This document shows, in pieces, positions 60,015 to 64,000 of a stretch of DNA of 64,000 nucleotides. The stretch covers positions 5,920-69,919 of the forward strand of contig DBHK01000027.1 in assembly GCA_002295635.1 (NCBI GenBank), in the 5' to 3' direction. The notes beneath the pieces were generated by a model. It did not search any database and was not told where the DNA came from. It saw nothing but the letters and a program-made list of their open reading frames with translations. Source of the stretch: Alphaproteobacteria bacterium UBA830. Its GTDB lineage: Bacteria > Pseudomonadota > Alphaproteobacteria > MPNO01 > UBA830. Made by a program: the position numbers and the translations under genes. The first letter of the stretch is position 1. The number at the start of each line of letters is the position of its first letter.

Positions 60015-60427
60015 TCTCTATCGAACCTGGGTGAGGTCGGTCACGTATCGGACCAACAACGCTTTAGTCAAATGCCGCGCGACAAGTATAGCGTTGGTTC
60101 CCGATATACGGAAAAGGTTAGGTTGTTGGCGGAAAGAGTGGGGTGTGCGTGCATACTAAATTGCGATTGCGGTATATATTCGGACGAAAAAAAAGTCTGG
60201 ACACTTCAGTTCAGCCGAGTTCTGAAAAGCCTGAGTGAGGGTCGCTCTCGAAACGACTTCCGCGATTTATGTCTAGGAAGTCGAGGGTCTTGATCACTTG
60301 TTTGAGCAATCCACCAAGCGCAGGCCTTTTTTGGTGAATTCATACTAGTCCCGCAGAGAAAGGTGGGTTTCCCCATTGCCCGAAATTGCTCTAAACTCAG
60401 AAGAAGCTTGAGGAGTTTTAATTTGCC

Positions 60428-61450
60428 ATGACTGGCATCGATCGCGCGAACGGCCATAAACCGGCCAGTATTTCTCCATTATATCATCCTGCGTTGGCAG
60501 ATGCGCCGCGTCCAGATCCCGCCGAACTTGCCTATGATTTGAACGAAGCGCTTTCAGCGGTAGTACCGTTGCAGGCGCGAGCGCCGGACGACGCTTTCTC
60601 CGCTTCCTATCTGGGAACTGAGAGAGAAGGTAATGCGGTCCTGATTTCCGAGGACGGGTTGCTTCTTACGATTGGTTACCTGATCAATGAGTGTGATTTG
60701 ATCACCGTCGGAACCCGCATTGGTGGTGTAGCCCAAGCGCATATTGTCGCATATGACTATGAAACTGGCTTCGGCCTGATTCGCACATATGAAGATCTTG
60801 GTGTTAAGCCGCTTGAGCTTGGTCATTCGGCGGCCGTTCGAGAGGGCGACAACCTAACCGTGGGCGCACATGGCGGAGCGGCACAAGCACTAGCCGCCAA
60901 AGTGTCGTCGGTTCGCGAATTTGCAGGATACTGGGAATATTTGATTTCTGGAGCGATTTTTACTGAACCACCACATCCAATTTGGTCTGGTGCCGCACTA
61001 CTCGACGTCCACGGCAAGTTGGTCGGGATAGGTTCCCTATTCGTACAAGATGCGGAGGAAGAAAACATCGATAAACAGCCGGGGAATATGTTCGTGCCGG
61101 TTGATTTGCTGAGACCGATATTCGAGATTCTCATCGAAAAAGGTAAGCCGGAGCATCCCCCGCGCCCATGGTTGGGAATTTATACAGTAGAGGCGATGGG
61201 CCACCTGCTAATTACGTCGGTCTCGGAGCAAGGTCCTGCGGTTGATGCGGGGGTAGAACCCGGAGACGTTTTACTATCAGTGAATGGGCAGGAAGTGAAA
61301 ACCTTGGCTGGTTTATACCGAGAAATCTGGGGATCCGGCGAAGCCGGAGTACCTATAGATTTGGCGGTACTACGTGACCGGAAGATGATCGAGTTGTCTA
61401 TTATAACCGTTGACCGCGGAAAAATTATGCGGCGGAGTGCCCGCCACTAA
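60428..61450 (+). CDS. Trypsin-like serine protease with C-terminal PDZ domain
   Basis: His (HIVAYD), Asp and Ser (IWSGAAL) regions, then a PDZ domain (GVEPGDVLLSVNGQEV). Confidence 0.65.
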   Translation: MTGIDRANGHKPASISPLYHPALADAPRPDPAELAYDLNEALSAVVPLQARAPDDAFSASYLGTEREGNAVLISEDGLLLTIGYLINECDLITVGTRIGGVAQAHIVAYDYETGFGLIRTYEDLGVKPLELGHSAAVREGDNLTVGAHGGAAQALAAKVSSVREFAGYWEYLISGAIFTEPPHPIWSGAALLDVHGKLVGIGSLFVQDAEEENIDKQPGNMFVPVDLLRPIFEILIEKGKPEHPPRPWLGIYTVEAMGHLLITSVSEQGPAVDAGVEPGDVLLSVNGQEVKTLAGLYREIWGSGEAGVPIDLAVLRDRKMIELSIITVDRGKIMRRSARH

Positions 61451-61529
61451 CGCCTTACTTGTTCGATTTTATGCCTATCCGGTCCCTGATCGGTTTCTAA
61501 CGGCCGATACGAAGGTTTAGAGCGCAGTT

Positions 61530-62405
61530 ATGATTCAAAATCACGATATTCCCTCGTATGATGGTATGCAGGCGATTGCTGATCTCTACGATGCGTTTAT
61601 CCTTGATGTCTGGGGTGTCCTTCACGACGGGGTCACGTTGTACCCTGGAGTAGTCGATGTCCTCGAAAGGCTGACCGCGGCGGGTAAACCATTTGTAATG
61701 CTGACTAATGCACCGCGCAGGAGCAGCGCCGTTGCCGATTCTATGATCTCTATGGGGATGCCTAGCGAATTTTGCGGGAAAATCCTTTCTTCGGGGGAAG
61801 CCACCTTCTTAGATTTAAAAGAGCGTGTAGACGCATTCTATGACCCCCTTGGGAGTCGATTCTTGCATGTCGGCCCTGATCGTGACCGTAATTTATTTGT
61901 CGGGTTAGACTGGGAAGAGGTAATGCGGGTCGGAGATTGCGATCTAATTATAAATACCGGTCCCTGGGAGGACGGTGAGATAGTGGCTGATTATGAAGAC
62001 CTGCTGCAACAGGGCGCTTCATTAGGCCTGCCGATGATCTGTGCCAATCCGGACCTCGTTGTAGTCCGCGGTGGACGAGAGATCATCTGCGCTGGTTCTC
62101 TCGCGCTCCGCTACGAGGAACTCGGTGGCACTGTACGTTGGTTCGGAAAACCGCGGTTGGAAATCTATGATTATTGTTTTCGGGAATTAAAAAAGTTCGA
62201 TAAATCGCAGATTGCGGCGATAGGAGATTCTTTCCGAACTGATCTCGCAGGTGCAACTAAGGCCGGGATTTCACCTGTTTTTGTAGCCGGTGGCATTCAT
62301 GCCGAAGAACTTGGCGGCTACCCTCCTGACCCGAGCGCGCTGGCGCTGCTTGTCGAAAAATGGCAAGTGCGACCCGTCGGCTCTATTCCCGGTTTTTCCT
62401 GGTAG
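61530..62405 (+). CDS. HAD-superfamily class IIA hydrolase (TIGR01459-like)
   Basis: ILDVWGVLHDG motif I ... MLTNAPR ... GDSFRTDLAGA. Confidence 0.75.
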   Translation: MIQNHDIPSYDGMQAIADLYDAFILDVWGVLHDGVTLYPGVVDVLERLTAAGKPFVMLTNAPRRSSAVADSMISMGMPSEFCGKILSSGEATFLDLKERVDAFYDPLGSRFLHVGPDRDRNLFVGLDWEEVMRVGDCDLIINTGPWEDGEIVADYEDLLQQGASLGLPMICANPDLVVVRGGREIICAGSLALRYEELGGTVRWFGKPRLEIYDYCFRELKKFDKSQIAAIGDSFRTDLAGATKAGISPVFVAGGIHAEELGGYPPDPSALALLVEKWQVRPVGSIPGFSW

Positions 62406-62502
62406 TACACTGTGAAGAAACGCGAGAAACGAATTCTAGCAATCGCTTTGCCATCCTAAGAAGCCGTCTAAGACGGTCGCTGTAAATAAGGGGATAAAGT
62501 TT

Positions 62503-63687
62503 TTGTACGCCCTAATATTGATCGTCTTCGTCGATACGGTTGGCTTTGGTATCGTGCTGCCATTACTACCGCTTTATGCTCAAAAATTTGGCGCATCACC
62601 AGAGATGGTTACTTTGGTGGCTGTCAGTTTCACGTTCGGTCAGGCTGTCTTCGGACCTTTCTGGGGTTGGATTAGCGATCGTCTGGGGCGGAAGCCGGTG
62701 CTATTGCTGACTATAACTGGCACGTTGTGCGCTTATATTCTTTTGGCATTCTCAAGCTCACTCGTGATTCTTTTCATCGTCCGATTCCTAGCCGGTGCTA
62801 TGGCGGCAAATATGAGTGTGGCTCATGCGTTAGTCGCAGACATAACCCGCGCAGAGGACCGCACCCGTAATATCGCACGACTGAGTGGGGCGGCTGGTCT
62901 CGGCTTTGTAGCTGGACCGGCGATTGGCGGGTTGCTGGCGGGTGTAGACGCCGGCGGGTCAGTGTTTCTACTGCCATATCTGGCTGCTGCAGTTTTCTCA
63001 GCTATCGCACTTATCCTTACCCTGATCCTGATTCGTGAGTCGGTTACGTCGGACCGAAAAGAAAGGGCTCGAGTATCTTATGGCCTCGACACGTGGCGAA
63101 GCGCACTTGCGCATGGGCAGACGCGGCTGATTCTTTTTCTAAGTTTGTTACCGCCCTTCGTCTTCGCCGGAATAGAAGTGATAATCGTTCTTTGGTCTGA
63201 GCGAGCTTGGGGCTGGGGCCCACTGCAGAATGGATATTTCTACGCTTGGATGGGCGCCTGCCACGTGGTTATCCAATGGGTATTAATTGGACCGTTGGCG
63301 CGATGGATGGGAGAAAAAATCTTGATCACGTTTGGCGCCTTTTCCTTGGGAATGGGCGTTCTTTTGATGCCTTTGGCAGGAGACCAAATCCTTTTGTACT
63401 TTGCCGCCTTTCTCATGATCTTCGGGACATCTAGCTGCGCTTCGCCTCTCAGCAGCTTACTGTCGCAATATGCGGACCCGGCCAGCCGCGGCAGTGTATT
63501 AGGACTAGGTCAGGCCTTCGCCGGATCCGGCCGCATTGTTGGTCCTGCGCTGGCGGGCTTCGTTTTCGCGTCGGTTGGAATCGATTGGCCCTTCTATTTT
63601 GGAGCGGCTACTATGGTGATTATGGCACTAGGTAGCCGTTTTATTCTTGTTAAGCGCGCCTCCGATATTGCGTCTGAGGATCCTTGA
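62503..63687 (+). CDS. MFS transporter
   Basis: About 12 TM helices. GRKPVLL and LSDRLGRKP MFS loop motifs. TTG start. Confidence 0.85.
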   Translation: MYALILIVFVDTVGFGIVLPLLPLYAQKFGASPEMVTLVAVSFTFGQAVFGPFWGWISDRLGRKPVLLLTITGTLCAYILLAFSSSLVILFIVRFLAGAMAANMSVAHALVADITRAEDRTRNIARLSGAAGLGFVAGPAIGGLLAGVDAGGSVFLLPYLAAAVFSAIALILTLILIRESVTSDRKERARVSYGLDTWRSALAHGQTRLILFLSLLPPFVFAGIEVIIVLWSERAWGWGPLQNGYFYAWMGACHVVIQWVLIGPLARWMGEKILITFGAFSLGMGVLLMPLAGDQILLYFAAFLMIFGTSSCASPLSSLLSQYADPASRGSVLGLGQAFAGSGRIVGPALAGFVFASVGIDWPFYFGAATMVIMALGSRFILVKRASDIASEDP

Positions 63688-63723
63688 CTTCAGATTTATG
63701 GGAGATTAGTTATTCGCGCCTTA

Positions 63724-63752
63724 CGGGTAGCAGTCTGCCCGTTTTGTGTTTT
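63724..63752 (+). terminator. Rho-independent terminator after the MFS gene
   Basis: CGGGUAG-CAGU-CUGCCCG stem followed by UUUUGUGUUUU. Confidence 0.5.
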
Positions 63753-63775
63753 ATATGGTGCCTAGGAGCCAGACG

Positions 63776-64000
63776 ATGTCCAGACGATGCGCTATGACCG
63801 GGAAGGGTGTGCAAGCCGGAAACAATGTAAGTCACGCCCATAATAAAACACGCCGGCGGTTCCTTCCCAATCTCCAAGATACGTCGCTGCTCTCCGACGT
63901 ACTTGGCAAGACCGTGCGACTGCGCTTATCGGCTCGCGCAATCCGCACCATTGAACATAAAGGGGGCCTCGACGCGTTTCTGCTCGGAACCGCTAACTCA
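63776..64000 (+). CDS. rpmB: 50S ribosomal protein L28 (3' end beyond window)
   Basis: [34 protein letters not shown], with an AGGAG SD upstream. Confidence 0.85.
   Translation, partial: MSRRCAMTGKGVQAGNNVSHAHNKTRRRFLPNLQDTSLLSDVLGKTVRLRLSARAIRTIEHKGGLDAFLLGTANS

Noticed and set aside
1-64000. CRISPR arrays, IS elements, integrases and prophage genes
   Set aside because: No direct-repeat/spacer periodicity and no transposase, integrase, capsid or terminase-like translations were seen in any frame.

Overview
This window reads as about 64 kb of alphaproteobacterial chromosome at roughly 50% GC; a marine, SAR116-like lineage is a guess from gene content and codon style. It is densely coding, with about 60 protein genes and two tRNAs, and no IS elements, integrases or CRISPR arrays were seen. 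Most genes are catabolic or housekeeping.

The most important result is hidden from the ORF track. The window carries the selenocysteine-insertion machinery, selA and selB next to a tRNA-Sec gene (anticodon UCA). It also carries two antioxidant genes that are only intact if an in-frame UGA is read as selenocysteine. One is a peroxiredoxin-like protein with a GHW-U-PYC motif. The other is an AhpD-like protein with a C-x-x-U-x-x-x-H motif that joins two ORFs listed separately in the track. Both have hairpins just downstream of the UGA, as a selenocysteine insertion element would. No selD (selenophosphate synthetase) gene was found in the window.

The second notable locus is a bacterial URC-type uracil-catabolism cluster: a URC1-like GTP cyclohydrolase II homologue, a URC4/DUF1688 protein and uracil phosphoribosyltransferase. 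It is joined by an FAD monooxygenase and, divergently, a tandem pair of luciferase-like monooxygenase (LLM) flavin-oxidoreductase paralogues, which may extend this poorly characterised pathway.

Other content, roughly left to right:
- A three-subunit molybdenum hydroxylase (xanthine dehydrogenase / CO dehydrogenase-like; small, medium and large subunits, referred to as SML below) in an operon with an amidohydrolase, an amidase, an SDR oxidoreductase and an alpha/beta hydrolase, which looks like an N-heterocycle degradation pathway.
- hmgA and fahA of the homogentisate pathway, plus a lone molybdenum-hydroxylase large subunit.
- A tRNA-Leu followed by a short low-GC insert and a block of catabolic genes (TcuA-like, PrpF-like, acyl-CoA ligase, NIPSNAP, two VOC proteins).
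- etfBA with hbd.
- A DegP/HtrA-like protease gene broken by a frameshift at a G5 run.
- An aldehyde dehydrogenase superfamily protein that lacks both catalytic residues.

All calls rest on reading translated motifs by eye; no searches were run.
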